From: a virus
Strand: one strand, 5' to 3'
Length of the DNA stretch: 64,000 nt
Virus record (IMG/VR): IMGVR_UViG_3300028569_002586
Coordinates: 93,012 to 157,011 of that record
Part shown: piece after piece, positions 9,376 to 19,840 of the stretch
Layout: every line of letters begins with the position of its first letter
Position numbering within the stretch: position 1 is the first letter of the stretch
Notes under the pieces: generated by a model
What the model was told of the DNA's origin: nothing
The model's database searches: none
What the model saw: the letters and a program-made list of their open reading frames with translations, nothing else
Position numbers and translations under genes: made by a program

Positions 9376-10108
9376 TCTTGATGCTGGCAATCACCTTGAC
9401 AATAAACTTCAGAAGTTTGCTTCTTGTAATGTCCTCTTCAGTAAAGTGAAATGTGCATATGCCATTCTCCTTGCTGGATGCTGAATCAAAAGCATTCATT
9501 ATCTTTTCAAAACCTGATTTCTGAATATCAGATTGCAAGGAGTCACCTATGACAAACAACTTGCAGTTTTTTCCAAATCTGGTTAAAATTGTAACTAGTT
9601 CACTATGTTCAAGATTTTGTGCTTCATCTACTATTACCACATTATTCATGAATGTGGAGCCTCTCAAAAAATTAACTGGAATACTTTTGAGATAATCACT
9701 GTTAAACAACATTTCTGTTATTTGTTTGCCTACTAATTCATCACATTTCTCCACAAGAGGTATACTCCATGGCTTGAATTTTTCATCCACTTCACCAGGA
9801 AGACTTCCAAGTTTTCTTGTGGCAGATTCAACAATGCTTCTTATGTACACAATCTCATCAATCTTCTTGTCCCTGAGCATTGAAAGAGCCACATATACTG
9901 CCAGGTATGTCTTTGAGGATCCCGCAGGCCCATCACAAAACAGTATTTGTGATCCATCTTCCATAGCTATATCAACGAACGCTTTGTGATGTTCGTTTAA
10001 ATGAAACTTTTGGTCAATTTTAAAATTAAGAAAAATATCATTTCTAATAATACCATTCTCATCTTTAGCTTTGGCAGCTTTTTTCAGCTGTCTGTCTTTT
10101 TTAGACAT
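9368..10108 (-). CDS. phoH: PhoH-family ATPase
   Basis: GPAGSSKT, LGSLPG, FLRGSTF, IVDEAQN, GDSLQSD. Confidence 0.95.
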   Translation of the reverse strand: MSKKDRQLKKAAKAKDENGIIRNDIFLNFKIDQKFHLNEHHKAFVDIAMEDGSQILFCDGPAGSSKTYLAVYVALSMLRDKKIDEIVYIRSIVESATRKLGSLPGEVDEKFKPWSIPLVEKCDELVGKQITEMLFNSDYLKSIPVNFLRGSTFMNNVVIVDEAQNLEHSELVTILTRFGKNCKLFVIGDSLQSDIQKSGFEKIMNAFDSASSKENGICTFHFTEEDITRSKLLKFIVKVIASIKIK

Positions 10109-10121
10109 CTATAATTATTTA

Positions 10122-10149
10122 TTGATTTCTGCTATCTTTATCTTATAAT
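10122..10149 (+). promoter_or_regulatory. sigma70-like promoter, leaderless queE
   Basis: TTGATT-16-TATAAT-6-ATG(10156). Confidence 0.6.
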
Positions 10150-10155
10150 TTGGTC

Positions 10156-10893
10156 ATGGAAAAGCATATCTTTCTTAGTGATGACAAAATCTTTCATACC
10201 ATTGAAGGAGAGGGTGAGCATATAGGCAAGCCTTCTGTATTCATGCGTGTCTCTATGTGTAACCTCACGTGCAAGGGTTTTGCAAGCAAGGACTCACCTC
10301 ATGGTTGCGACAGTTTTGTGAGCTGGTCAGTGAAGAATCGAATGACATATGATGAGATTCTTGATCTAATGGAGCAAAATAACTATATTAAATTTCTAAA
10401 TAGAGGTGATATTTTAAAAATTACAGGTGGTGAGCCTCTCATACAACAGAAAAATCTCTTGGAGCTCATGAAAGCTTTCTTAGATCGATATGGTTTTGTG
10501 CCTCGCATTGATTTTGAAACAAACGCAACTCTCATGCCCCTGGAGCCTTGGTATGAAGAATATTTTGCTACATTTACTACATCTCCTAAATTATCAAATA
10601 ATGGCGATCCTGAGAATAAAAGGTACATACCTGCAACTCTTGAATGGCACGCAAAGAATGGATCAGGATTCAAGTTTGTTGTGGCCAAAGAGAGTGATCT
10701 TGATGAGATTTATACAAAATATATTGACAGATTCAACATCAAGCGTAACAAGATATGGCTTATGCCTTGTTGTGGCAGCAGAGAAGAACACATAAAGATT
10801 GCGCCTATTGTTGCAGAATTTTGCAAAGAAAGAGGATTAAGCTTTAGTCCAAGATTGCAGCTTGTTATTTGGGATAAGGCTCTTAAAGTTTAA
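10156..10893 (+). CDS. queE: 7-carboxy-7-deazaguanine synthase (radical SAM)
   Basis: FHTIEGEG, FMRVSMCNLTC...CDS, ITGGEP, ETNA, SPKL, FKFVV. Confidence 0.92.
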   Translation: MEKHIFLSDDKIFHTIEGEGEHIGKPSVFMRVSMCNLTCKGFASKDSPHGCDSFVSWSVKNRMTYDEILDLMEQNNYIKFLNRGDILKITGGEPLIQQKNLLELMKAFLDRYGFVPRIDFETNATLMPLEPWYEEYFATFTTSPKLSNNGDPENKRYIPATLEWHAKNGSGFKFVVAKESDLDEIYTKYIDRFNIKRNKIWLMPCCGSREEHIKIAPIVAEFCKERGLSFSPRLQLVIWDKALKV

Positions 10894-10896
10894 AAT

Positions 10897-11940
10897 ATGA
10901 ATATTCTTGTTACCGGTTCTTCCGGTTTAATAGGATCTGAAGTTGTTGAGTATTTCTGTCAACAAGATAATACTGTATATGGTGTTGACAACAACATGCG
11001 CAAAACATTCTTTGGTGAAAGTGGTTGCACAAATAGAAATACAAAAAGACTTAAAAAAACCTTTGATAATTTCAAACACTTAAAATACGATATACGCAAC
11101 AGAGCTAAAATTTTAAGTTTGTTTGAGGACATAAAATTTGATGCAGTAATCCATACTGCAGCTCAGCCAAGTCATGATCTTGCTGCGAGAATACCGTTTG
11201 ATGATTTTGACACCAATGCCGCTGGCACGTTGAATCTGTTGGAAGCAACCAGGCAGCATTGTCCTGAGGCTGTATTTATTCATATGTCCACAAACAAGGT
11301 GTATGGTGATAACCCCAATAAATTAGAGCTCATAGAGCACGAGAAGCGATTTGATTACAAAGATAATACCTTTCTTGGTGTACCCGAGACATTCAGTATC
11401 GATAGCTGCAAGCACTCTCTCTTTGGTGCATCAAAAGTTGCTGCAGACATTCTAGTACAAGAGTATGGAAGATATTTCAATATCAAGACTTGCTGCTTAA
11501 GAGGCGGTTGTCTCACTGGTCCAAATCATTGTGGTGTTGAGCTTCACGGTTTCCTGAGTTATCTTGTAAAGTGTAATATAACACGAAAACAATATAAAAT
11601 ATTCGGCTACAAAGGCAAACAAGTACGTGACAACATACACAGCTTGGATGTTGTGAGATTCATGGATTTTTTTATTGCTTCACCCAAAATTGGTGCCATT
11701 TATAACATTGGTGGTGGCAAACAGAATAGCTGCTCCATTCTTGAAGCTTTTGACAAAGTGGCAGGTGTTACTGGCAGGCAAATGGACTATGAATACATTG
11801 ACTGTGCCAGAGACGGTGATCATATTTGTTATTATTCTGATTTGTCAAAAATGAAAATGGATTATAAAGACTGGGATATTACTAAAAGTCTAGATGTTAT
11901 TTTTCTAGAAATAGTTAATTCACATTTGAAAAAGATTTAA
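10897..11940 (+). CDS. NAD-dependent sugar epimerase (CDP-paratose 2-epimerase/RfbE-like)
   Basis: [37 protein letters not shown]. Confidence 0.85.
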   Translation: MNILVTGSSGLIGSEVVEYFCQQDNTVYGVDNNMRKTFFGESGCTNRNTKRLKKTFDNFKHLKYDIRNRAKILSLFEDIKFDAVIHTAAQPSHDLAARIPFDDFDTNAAGTLNLLEATRQHCPEAVFIHMSTNKVYGDNPNKLELIEHEKRFDYKDNTFLGVPETFSIDSCKHSLFGASKVAADILVQEYGRYFNIKTCCLRGGCLTGPNHCGVELHGFLSYLVKCNITRKQYKIFGYKGKQVRDNIHSLDVVRFMDFFIASPKIGAIYNIGGGKQNSCSILEAFDKVAGVTGRQMDYEYIDCARDGDHICYYSDLSKMKMDYKDWDITKSLDVIFLEIVNSHLKKI

Positions 11941-11961
11941 ACAAGATTAAATGTATCTAAC

Positions 11962-12699
11962 ATGAGAATAGCTATTTCAGGATCTGCTTGTCAAGGTAAA
12001 ACAACTTTAGTAAATGATTTTATTAAGAATTGGCCTTCTTATAAGAAATCTAATGAAAGCTACAGAAAGGTTATCAAGGAAGATAAATTAAAAATCAATA
12101 AGCAAGTCAATCAAGATAGTCAGTGGAAAATTTTAAACTGTCTCATAGATGATATTCAGAAGGCTTCAAAAGAAACACATGTCATCTTTGACAGATGTCC
12201 GCTTGATAATCTCATCTATTCAATGTGGTGCTTTGAGTCTGGTGCCTCTGATATTGACAAAGCTTTTATTGACAAATGCATTCCTCTTGTAAGTGAAAGC
12301 TTGAAGCTTATAGACATAATCTTCTTCCTGCCCATCACAAGAGTAGCACCTGTTAAAATTTCTGAAAAAGATGACCGTGAAACAGACAAAGTTTTCATCA
12401 AAGAAATTGATAATATCTTTAAAATGGTGCACCAGCAGTATCTTAAAAATGGGGGTGTTCCCTTCTTCTGCGCTGATGATAAGCCAGGCTTCATTGAGGT
12501 ATTTGGCAATCCTGAAGAGAGAATAAAGATGATTGAACTGTATCTTAATAAAGAAGGCGATCTGATTAGTGAAGAAGACAGTGTTTTGAGCCCTGAAAAC
12601 CTGGATTTAATGGAAACTCTTCTGGGAATACAGAAGAAAGCACAAGATTCAGAGAATGAAGAGAAAAGACTTAGGGACAAATTCATCTTCGGCAAATAA
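11962..12699 (+). CDS. P-loop nucleotide kinase (AAA_28/NadR-like)
   Basis: GSACQGKTT, FDRCPLD. Confidence 0.75.
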   Translation: MRIAISGSACQGKTTLVNDFIKNWPSYKKSNESYRKVIKEDKLKINKQVNQDSQWKILNCLIDDIQKASKETHVIFDRCPLDNLIYSMWCFESGASDIDKAFIDKCIPLVSESLKLIDIIFFLPITRVAPVKISEKDDRETDKVFIKEIDNIFKMVHQQYLKNGGVPFFCADDKPGFIEVFGNPEERIKMIELYLNKEGDLISEEDSVLSPENLDLMETLLGIQKKAQDSENEEKRLRDKFIFGK

Positions 12700-12707
12700 A
12701 TAATTAG

Positions 12708-12923
12708 GTGAGTAAGTTTAACGATAAAATTGAAGAACTAAACGAAGGCTTCAAATCCATTCTTTATAAAAAAAGAGAGTTTTACCCAAAGAATTTCAAT
12801 CTTTCAGAAGAGTTTGTCAAAGCCTTTAAAACAGAATACAAGAGACTACTTGATGAAGGCATAGAGCCAAAAAAAGCTCTTGTAAGACTCAACAAAGCTT
12901 TGCTATTTCACACAGCTAATTAA
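12708..12923 (+). CDS. small late protein
   Basis: TAAATA-5-GTG; MSKFNDKIEELNEG. Confidence 0.6.
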   Translation: MSKFNDKIEELNEGFKSILYKKREFYPKNFNLSEEFVKAFKTEYKRLLDEGIEPKKALVRLNKALLFHTAN

Positions 12924-13615
12924 AAGAAATATAATATTCTGTAATAGATATAATTTGCACCAAAGAGAACTGTCTTTGTATTAACTCTAAAGTTTAATGT
13001 ACCAAAATCTCCAAGAGAACTAAACGACAGTGCATCAATTCTAGGCACTGCAGATAATGGCGGTAAATCTATGCCATTAAAATTTGTACCTGCAGGTATC
13101 AAGGTGAAATGCCATGGTTGTATGGCATTTCCAACCACAGAAGGAACATTGTTAATTGCTACAGGGCTTGCTGAAGCATTTGCCAGGATTGTTACCAGTC
13201 CACTTGCTTCATATCTACGGCCAATGGCTGAAGTAGTGGCAACAAGATTGTAAAGAGATGTATACTCTGGTGAGCCAATGACAAAATCAGCTGATGTAAC
13301 AAGCCCATTTGTAAGTGTCATTCTGTTTGTATATCCAAATGCTTTGCTGTTGCCCTGGATGCCGTTAGAGAAATATGCCTGGCTGCTCAAAGCATCAACA
13401 CTTATTGTTGTGAAAATAGCATCATTACCTGTTAGTGAACCAGCAAGTACAGTGTTACCATTAATATCTTCTTTGACAACATTAAAATTATCAAACGTTA
13501 TTGTGCCTGTTCCATTAGCTGTTTGAAGAATAAGAAGATCTGTATCAAGAGCTATTTGTGATTGCGGTAGATCCTGTATATTAACAAAATTGCTATTTGT
13601 TGTATTATTTGCCAT
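12920..13615 (-). CDS. Ser/Thr-rich structural (fibre-like) protein
   Basis: TATAAATA-6-ATG; N-terminal IQDLPQ..TDLLILQT..GT..ITF fibre-type motif. Confidence 0.6.
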   Translation of the reverse strand: MANNTTNSNFVNIQDLPQSQIALDTDLLILQTANGTGTITFDNFNVVKEDINGNTVLAGSLTGNDAIFTTISVDALSSQAYFSNGIQGNSKAFGYTNRMTLTNGLVTSADFVIGSPEYTSLYNLVATTSAIGRRYEASGLVTILANASASPVAINNVPSVVGNAIQPWHFTLIPAGTNFNGIDLPPLSAVPRIDALSFSSLGDFGTLNFRVNTKTVLFGANYIYYRILYFF

Positions 13616-13648
13616 TAATGATATTTATACTAAAATATAGAAGTCAAT

Positions 13649-14464
13649 ATGGATAAAATAGGAGTTGGTGTAGTTACTTGCAATAGACCGAGTTTCTTTC
13701 TTAAATGCTTTAATTCAATACCTGTTGATATTGAACTAGTAGTAGTTAATGATGGTGCAGATTTCTCTGATATTGAAAAGTTAAAACAAAAAAGACATTT
13801 TGACTATATACATAACAATGTTAATCTAGGTGTTGGCAAATCAAAGAACATACTTTTTAAGCAGCTGCTTGCCAAAGATTGTGATCATATATTTCTAATT
13901 GAAGATGATATTGTTATTAAAGACAAGAGCGTCTTTAAAGAGTACATTAAAGCTCGCAATTTAACTGGTATTCAGCATTTCAATTTTGGCTATCACGGCC
14001 CAGCTAACAAGAACGGTGTCTCTGGTGGACCGCCCAAACCGAGATTCATTGTTGACTATGGCAACACAAAAATTGCCATCAATCATCACAGTGTTGGTGC
14101 ATTCTGCTATTACACAAAAGATGTCTTGAAAAAAGTTGGCCTAATAGATGAAGAATACACTAATGCCTTTGAGCACGTAGATCATGATTATAGAATTGCT
14201 AAAGCTGGGTATAGTACGCCATATTGGAATTTTGCTGACATGGCTAATAGTTGTGATTTTCTTGAAGAAATAGAATGTTCAGAGAAGAGCAGTTCTATAA
14301 GACCAAGAGATGACTGGAGCTCCAATATTAGAAAAGGATATGAAACATTTAAAACAAAACACAACTGCTACCCTGCATTTCAAGGCGGGGTACCTGATAC
14401 TGGGGAGCAGGAAGTCAAAAATATTATGAAACAAATTTATAAAAAATATGCTAAACGAAACTGA
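13649..14464 (+). CDS. glycosyltransferase, GT2 family
   Basis: VTCNRP, VVNDG, NLGVG, LIEDD, GLIDEEY..FEHVD. Confidence 0.88.
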   Translation: MDKIGVGVVTCNRPSFFLKCFNSIPVDIELVVVNDGADFSDIEKLKQKRHFDYIHNNVNLGVGKSKNILFKQLLAKDCDHIFLIEDDIVIKDKSVFKEYIKARNLTGIQHFNFGYHGPANKNGVSGGPPKPRFIVDYGNTKIAINHHSVGAFCYYTKDVLKKVGLIDEEYTNAFEHVDHDYRIAKAGYSTPYWNFADMANSCDFLEEIECSEKSSSIRPRDDWSSNIRKGYETFKTKHNCYPAFQGGVPDTGEQEVKNIMKQIYKKYAKRN

Positions 14465-15203
14465 TTTTATTATTCCTGTGTTCATTGATCATGCAGATAG
14501 ATTGCGCAATCTAAAAATCATGCTCTCTTATCTCAAGAAGATTGGTGCAACAAATGTGTATGTCCGCGAGTACTTTGACAGCGCACATAAAACAGGCGAA
14601 CTACAAGCATTGTTTCCTGAGTATCATTTTTCAAGCAAAGAAAGAGATGCGCCTTTCTTCAATAAAATGACATGTGTAAATGAAGTGTTCAAGATGTTTT
14701 CCAGGGGCAAAGTTGTAAGCTTTTATGATGTAGATGTTCTCTTTTCAAAGAAAGACCTCATTGAAGCATCAGATTTAATTCTCAAGAAACAGGCTGATGT
14801 TGTATATCCATATAATGGTTATTTTTATGATGTACCTGCAGAAACTGTAAAGCTACTGGAGACAGATCTCACTACACCTATTAATCTCAATACATGCAAA
14901 CTGTTCAATACTGGCTCACATGGTGGTGGTGCACTTTTTGACAGACAGGTATTCGAAGATGGTGGCATGTGTAACCCTAATTTTAAAAATGTTGGTTATG
15001 ATGATGATGAAATAAGAGTTAGATTTGATAAACTCAATTACAAGATCACAAGAACAAAGGGTGTACTTCTGCACCTAAATCATTTTCGTGGTGCCACCTC
15101 TTTTAATCATAATGACTACACAACAAATAATGTCAATGAGGTCGAAAAAGTAACACACATGACAAAAGAACAGTTACAAGCATACATCAAGGGCTGGAAA
15201 TGA
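14448..15203 (+). CDS. GT-A glycosyltransferase (GT2/GT7-like)
   Basis: IIPV...DRLRNL, YDVD, GG...NFKNVGYDDDE, LLHLNH. Confidence 0.82.
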   Translation: MLNETDFIIPVFIDHADRLRNLKIMLSYLKKIGATNVYVREYFDSAHKTGELQALFPEYHFSSKERDAPFFNKMTCVNEVFKMFSRGKVVSFYDVDVLFSKKDLIEASDLILKKQADVVYPYNGYFYDVPAETVKLLETDLTTPINLNTCKLFNTGSHGGGALFDRQVFEDGGMCNPNFKNVGYDDDEIRVRFDKLNYKITRTKGVLLHLNHFRGATSFNHNDYTTNNVNEVEKVTHMTKEQLQAYIKGWK

Positions 15204-15997
15204 ACATACCCTTACTCAAGGGCGGGCTTTGCAATCAATTATTTCAAATTGCTGCAACCTATGCTCATAGCTTAAAACACAATCAAGAATTAGGCATAAA
15301 TTATAATTTTCCATTTGTTGCTCATCAAGGCCTACATCCAAGAAAATACAAAGATAACTTTTTTTCAAAAATACAGTCCACAGACATTATGCCTAGCAAA
15401 ACATTCAATAATCTTGGCTTTACTCTTACTGATATCCCTGTCGAACACAATCTAATTGTCGATGGGTATTTTCAGTGTTATAAATTTTTTGAAAATTATA
15501 CGGCTGAAGTACAGAATTTATTTGTGTTCCCTGATAGCATACAACAAAAAATAACCAAAGCTGTTGAAAAGATTAATAAACCTCTTTGTGCTATTCATGT
15601 GCGCCGCGGTGACTACAAATCGCTTGCACCACACCACATGGTATGCAATACAGATTATTACATTGAATGCGCTAAAAAAATAAAACAAATAAATGCAAAT
15701 GCTCTCTTTATTGTCATGACTGATGACAAGCAGCACGTTTTCTCTGAATTCAAAAAACAGTTTGAAGATGGTGATTTTATTATTAGTAATTCTGCCGATG
15801 AATTAGAAGATTTATACCTGCTTACACAAGCTGACTATATAATTGGCAGCAATAGTTCTTTTTCATGGTGGGGTGCTTTCTTTAATAAGCAGAAAAAGAA
15901 CACACTTTTCCCCGAAGTATGGTTTGGTCCAGAAGGCGTTAAGGAATACGGAAATCCTGATATCTATACTGATTATATGGAAAAAGTAAAAGTATAA
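15200..15997 (+). CDS. alpha-1,2-fucosyltransferase-like (GT11)
   Basis: GGLCNQLFQ, GYFQ, HVRRGDY, NSSFSWWGA. Confidence 0.92.
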   Translation: MNIPLLKGGLCNQLFQIAATYAHSLKHNQELGINYNFPFVAHQGLHPRKYKDNFFSKIQSTDIMPSKTFNNLGFTLTDIPVEHNLIVDGYFQCYKFFENYTAEVQNLFVFPDSIQQKITKAVEKINKPLCAIHVRRGDYKSLAPHHMVCNTDYYIECAKKIKQINANALFIVMTDDKQHVFSEFKKQFEDGDFIISNSADELEDLYLLTQADYIIGSNSSFSWWGAFFNKQKKNTLFPEVWFGPEGVKEYGNPDIYTDYMEKVKV

Positions 15998-16013
15998 CCT
16001 ATAATATATAAGA

Positions 16014-16631
16014 ATGAAAAGCTATAGCCAATACGGACAGGATGTTGCACTTTATAATAATTTTTTTAAGGACAAGAAGAATGGTTATTTTGTTGAAATT
16101 GGTGCCTTCGATGGCCTTCTTCTGAGCAATACGTATTTGTTTGAAGAAAGAGGTTGGGATGGTGTTTGTGTTGAGCCAATGAATGACGCCTTTGAACAAT
16201 TGAAAAAGAACCGCAAATGCAAGTGCTTTAATTACGCAGTAACCAACAGGGATGATGAATATCTTGACTTTTGCAAAATTACTGGTTTTAATAATATGTT
16301 AAGCGGGGTAATAGATTCCTATGATGATAAACATAAAGAAAGAATTCTTAGAGAGTGTCCACAGCTTGGAACAAAAGAAAAAATTAAAGTTAAAAATATT
16401 CAGTTTAATGACCTAATTACAGAGACAACAATTGATCTCCTGTCTGTTGATACAGAGGGTGGAGAAGATGCATTGCTCAATTCAATTGACATGGTAAAAT
16501 ATAAAATTGATGTGATTTTAATTGAAGATAATTACAGCCAGTATCGTAACACACTGAGTGAGCAAATTAAAGACCTGTACAAGATATCCGATATCTCTCT
16601 TGGTGATGACATTGTGCTCAAGAGAAGATAA
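16014..16631 (+). CDS. FkbM-family methyltransferase
   Basis: SQYGQD, FVEIGAFDG..SNT, VEP, LSVDTEGGE. Confidence 0.9.
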   Translation: MKSYSQYGQDVALYNNFFKDKKNGYFVEIGAFDGLLLSNTYLFEERGWDGVCVEPMNDAFEQLKKNRKCKCFNYAVTNRDDEYLDFCKITGFNNMLSGVIDSYDDKHKERILRECPQLGTKEKIKVKNIQFNDLITETTIDLLSVDTEGGEDALLNSIDMVKYKIDVILIEDNYSQYRNTLSEQIKDLYKISDISLGDDIVLKRR

Positions 16632-16632
16632 A

Positions 16633-17469
16633 ATGATGGTGGTCAATCTTTTTGATGGTAATTTTGCACATACACCAAGTGTTTGTGGTTTTGATTCTGC
16701 AACTGCATGGAGAAAACCTACAAAGATATCTTACGTAAGAGATCAACCATCATTTGACGGCGTGACAATATTCACAGATGATTTCATCTTCTCCTCACAG
16801 GTTGATAAAGTGCAGTCAAAATACAAGATTGCTTGGTGCCAAGAGTCTCCTGTTGTTAAGCCGTACTCTCATGCAGCTATACATGGGGTAGAGAGTAAAT
16901 TTGATTTCATCTTCACCCACAACAAACAAAAGACAGCTGAAAAACCTGAAAAGTATAAATTCCTACCTGCAGCATGCTGCTGGGTGAAAGACTATGGTTT
17001 TGATATTGAGAAAAAAACAAAACTAGCTTCTCATATATTCACAGGGAAAAACTTTTCTGAAGGACATGCACTACGTCACAACATAACACAGCTGCTTAAA
17101 AACTCTTCTATTGACATATTTGGTGAGAAACAGTTTAATAAAACTGAAGTTCATCAGCCTTATAAATTTTCAATTATCGTGGAAAACTGCAAATCACCAG
17201 GGTATTTTTCTGAAAAAATTATAGACTGTCTCATACAAGGCACCATTCCTATATATTGGGGTGACCCTACCATAAGTTCCTACTTCAACATGAAGGGTAT
17301 TATTAATTTTAATAACATAGATGAAATAGCTAATCTTAAAATTAGCAAGAAATATTATGATGAAAATTTAGATGCAGTAAGAGAGAATATTGCTACATGT
17401 GAAAATAAATATCTCTCTTCTGATGATAATCTTGCTGATTTGCTTAAAGAGGTAGGTGTATGCTCTTAA
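16633..17469 (+). CDS. GT10-like glycosyltransferase
   Basis: YKFSIIVEN...YFSEKIIDC...GTIPIYWG; start reassigned to ATG 16633. Confidence 0.8.
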   Translation: MMVVNLFDGNFAHTPSVCGFDSATAWRKPTKISYVRDQPSFDGVTIFTDDFIFSSQVDKVQSKYKIAWCQESPVVKPYSHAAIHGVESKFDFIFTHNKQKTAEKPEKYKFLPAACCWVKDYGFDIEKKTKLASHIFTGKNFSEGHALRHNITQLLKNSSIDIFGEKQFNKTEVHQPYKFSIIVENCKSPGYFSEKIIDCLIQGTIPIYWGDPTISSYFNMKGIINFNNIDEIANLKISKKYYDENLDAVRENIATCENKYLSSDDNLADLLKEVGVCS

Positions 17470-18080
17470 ATCTAGATAATCTCATCTCACGATATAATAT
17501 GAATATAACAGGTGTTATACACATAGGAGCACATTTTGGTGAAGAATATGACTTGTATAAAAAACTACCATCCATAAAAGATATAATATTCTTTGAACCT
17601 GATACTGATAGCTTTGCAAAATTAACTGAAAAAACAAAAGACGATAAAAAAGTAATACGCATTAATCGCGCACTTGGCCCTTTCTCTTGTGAAGCATATC
17701 TGCATAAAGAAACAGCAAACAACGGTCAATCCAACTCTTTACTCGAACCACATTTACATGTAAGACAATATCCTGGGATACAATTTACGGATAAAGTAAA
17801 AGTAAAAGTGGAACCACTTGATAGATATGAACCAGGATCCACATTGAACCTTATTAATATTGATGTGCAGGGTGCAGAATTAAATGTTTTTCTAGGTGCA
17901 TCTAATACTTTAAAAAACAATATACAATATATTATTACAGAAGTTAACCGTGATGAGTTGTACAAGAATTGTGCACGGGTTGAGGACTTGGATTACTTTC
18001 TTGGTAAATTTAATTTTAAAAGAGTAGAAACAACTTGGGACGGTGTTACGTGGGGTGATGCTTTTTATATCAAAAACTAG
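17460..18080 (+). CDS. FkbM-family methyltransferase
   Basis: HIGAHFGEE, FEP, NIDVQGAEL, WGDAFY. Confidence 0.9.
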   Translation: MLLNLDNLISRYNMNITGVIHIGAHFGEEYDLYKKLPSIKDIIFFEPDTDSFAKLTEKTKDDKKVIRINRALGPFSCEAYLHKETANNGQSNSLLEPHLHVRQYPGIQFTDKVKVKVEPLDRYEPGSTLNLINIDVQGAELNVFLGASNTLKNNIQYIITEVNRDELYKNCARVEDLDYFLGKFNFKRVETTWDGVTWGDAFYIKN

Positions 18081-18084
18081 CGCC

Positions 18085-18894
18085 ATGAATGATACACTTA
18101 CTGTAAACCATAATGCTGGTTTTTTTTCCTGTTGCTCAGTAAGATTACATGAATTAATTAAATTCTTCAATTACAATAAAAGAGAGCCTGTTAATCTAGA
18201 CATCAAACATCAATTCTCTGGCTATAGAATTAACCCTGCCGATACCAATGAAGATGTCAATTCCTTATTCTTTAAGACACCAGATAAGGAGGAGATATCA
18301 TTTAAAAGAGAGGTTGATTATGACCATGGCTATCAATTTGAATCATATGCAAAATTTGACTTTGAAGGTATTGTGCCATTTATTAAAAAATATTTTGCTC
18401 CAAGCGATACAGTATTGGAATTTGTTAATAATATTATACAAAAATATAATATTAATTTTGAAACAACTGCAGGTGTCTTTTACAGAGGCAATGATAAATG
18501 CACAGAAACAGGAATCGGGACATATGAGGAGTATTTTAATAAATGCAATGAACTTATAAACTTAAATCCAGATATAACATTTCTTGTACAAACTGATGAG
18601 CTAGAGTTTAGAGATTTTTTTAGCTCTAAATTTAAAAACAGTTTTTTTATAGATGAATTACCAGTTATAAACAAAAATACAAACACCGCAATGCATAACA
18701 TGATAGGGTCATATGATAGACCAAAATTTGGTATGCGCATACTAGGAATAACTTACTTACTATCAAAATTAAAATATCTTATCACACACTCTGGTAATTG
18801 TAGTGAATGGGCAATATTTTATAGAGGCAATGCTAATAGTGTATACCAATATCTCAAGCATCCAAGTACTGCTGTTACGGGAGAATGGGTATAA
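18085..18894 (+). CDS. NodZ/GT23-like fucosyltransferase-fold protein
   Basis: AGFFS, GVFYRGNDK, LVQTD, LITHSGNCS. Confidence 0.65.
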   Translation: MNDTLTVNHNAGFFSCCSVRLHELIKFFNYNKREPVNLDIKHQFSGYRINPADTNEDVNSLFFKTPDKEEISFKREVDYDHGYQFESYAKFDFEGIVPFIKKYFAPSDTVLEFVNNIIQKYNINFETTAGVFYRGNDKCTETGIGTYEEYFNKCNELINLNPDITFLVQTDELEFRDFFSSKFKNSFFIDELPVINKNTNTAMHNMIGSYDRPKFGMRILGITYLLSKLKYLITHSGNCSEWAIFYRGNANSVYQYLKHPSTAVTGEWV

Positions 18895-18904
18895 TTAATA
18901 GATT

Positions 18905-19840
18905 ATGAAAATAGTAGAAAATTTCACCGGCAATTATGCAGAAGATCCAATAACATTCTTAAACTTTACTCCCCTGCAAGATATTAATGTTACACTCCAT
19001 CTCGGGCTAGGTACAACAATAGACAAAAACAATAGTAGTAGAAAGTTTTATCTTGAGCTTGAAGAGCCAAATAGATTTTGTGTACACGAAGCAGCATTGA
19101 AATATCGTTCTGATTTTATTCATTGTGATAAAATTCTCACATTATGTCCATACACAGCTACATACATGAATAAAGAATTCTACAAAAGGAATGTAGCTAC
19201 ACCAATATTTTTTCCATTCAACAAAGACTTTATACCTGCAGATTTTAACAAAAAATACAGTGTTCTGTATTCTGGTTACACACAGTCACGTTATCATACA
19301 CAGATGTTAAGCGCTATATCAAAATTTGATAATAATGTCATAATTTCATTTAGACCTTTTGACAAAGTAACACATGTTAATGTGTCATACAAGGAAAAAA
19401 TTAATCTTTATGCTCAAACAAAAATTGCTGTTGTACATAATATTATAATAAACAAGGGATTAACAATTGGCTCTCTACAGAATACAGCTTCACAAATCGG
19501 ATTAACAAACATCAGAGAAAATCATGCATTTAATTTCCTAGAAACCGACAATGTGATGCCTCAATTAAAATCTAGAATATTTGAAGCTGCGTTTACTAAG
19601 TGTATAATTCTATGCCAAAGGGATCCTTTTAATGTTATAGAGCAATATTTTACACCTGAAAAAGAATTTGTCTATTTCAATGACCATGCAGATTTAGAGA
19701 ATAAAATTAAATTGATACTTGAAAATTATGATGACTACAGTAAGGTAGCAGACAGTGCATTTACAAGAGCTATCAATAATTATACTACAGATCACTTAGT
19801 CAAAAAAATTTATGAAATACATAGTAACAACAACTATTAA
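18905..19840 (+). CDS. GT-B glycosyltransferase (CgeB-like)
   Basis: KSRIFEAA...FTPEKEFVYF..DLENKI. Confidence 0.7.
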   Translation: MKIVENFTGNYAEDPITFLNFTPLQDINVTLHLGLGTTIDKNNSSRKFYLELEEPNRFCVHEAALKYRSDFIHCDKILTLCPYTATYMNKEFYKRNVATPIFFPFNKDFIPADFNKKYSVLYSGYTQSRYHTQMLSAISKFDNNVIISFRPFDKVTHVNVSYKEKINLYAQTKIAVVHNIIINKGLTIGSLQNTASQIGLTNIRENHAFNFLETDNVMPQLKSRIFEAAFTKCIILCQRDPFNVIEQYFTPEKEFVYFNDHADLENKIKLILENYDDYSKVADSAFTRAINNYTTDHLVKKIYEIHSNNNY

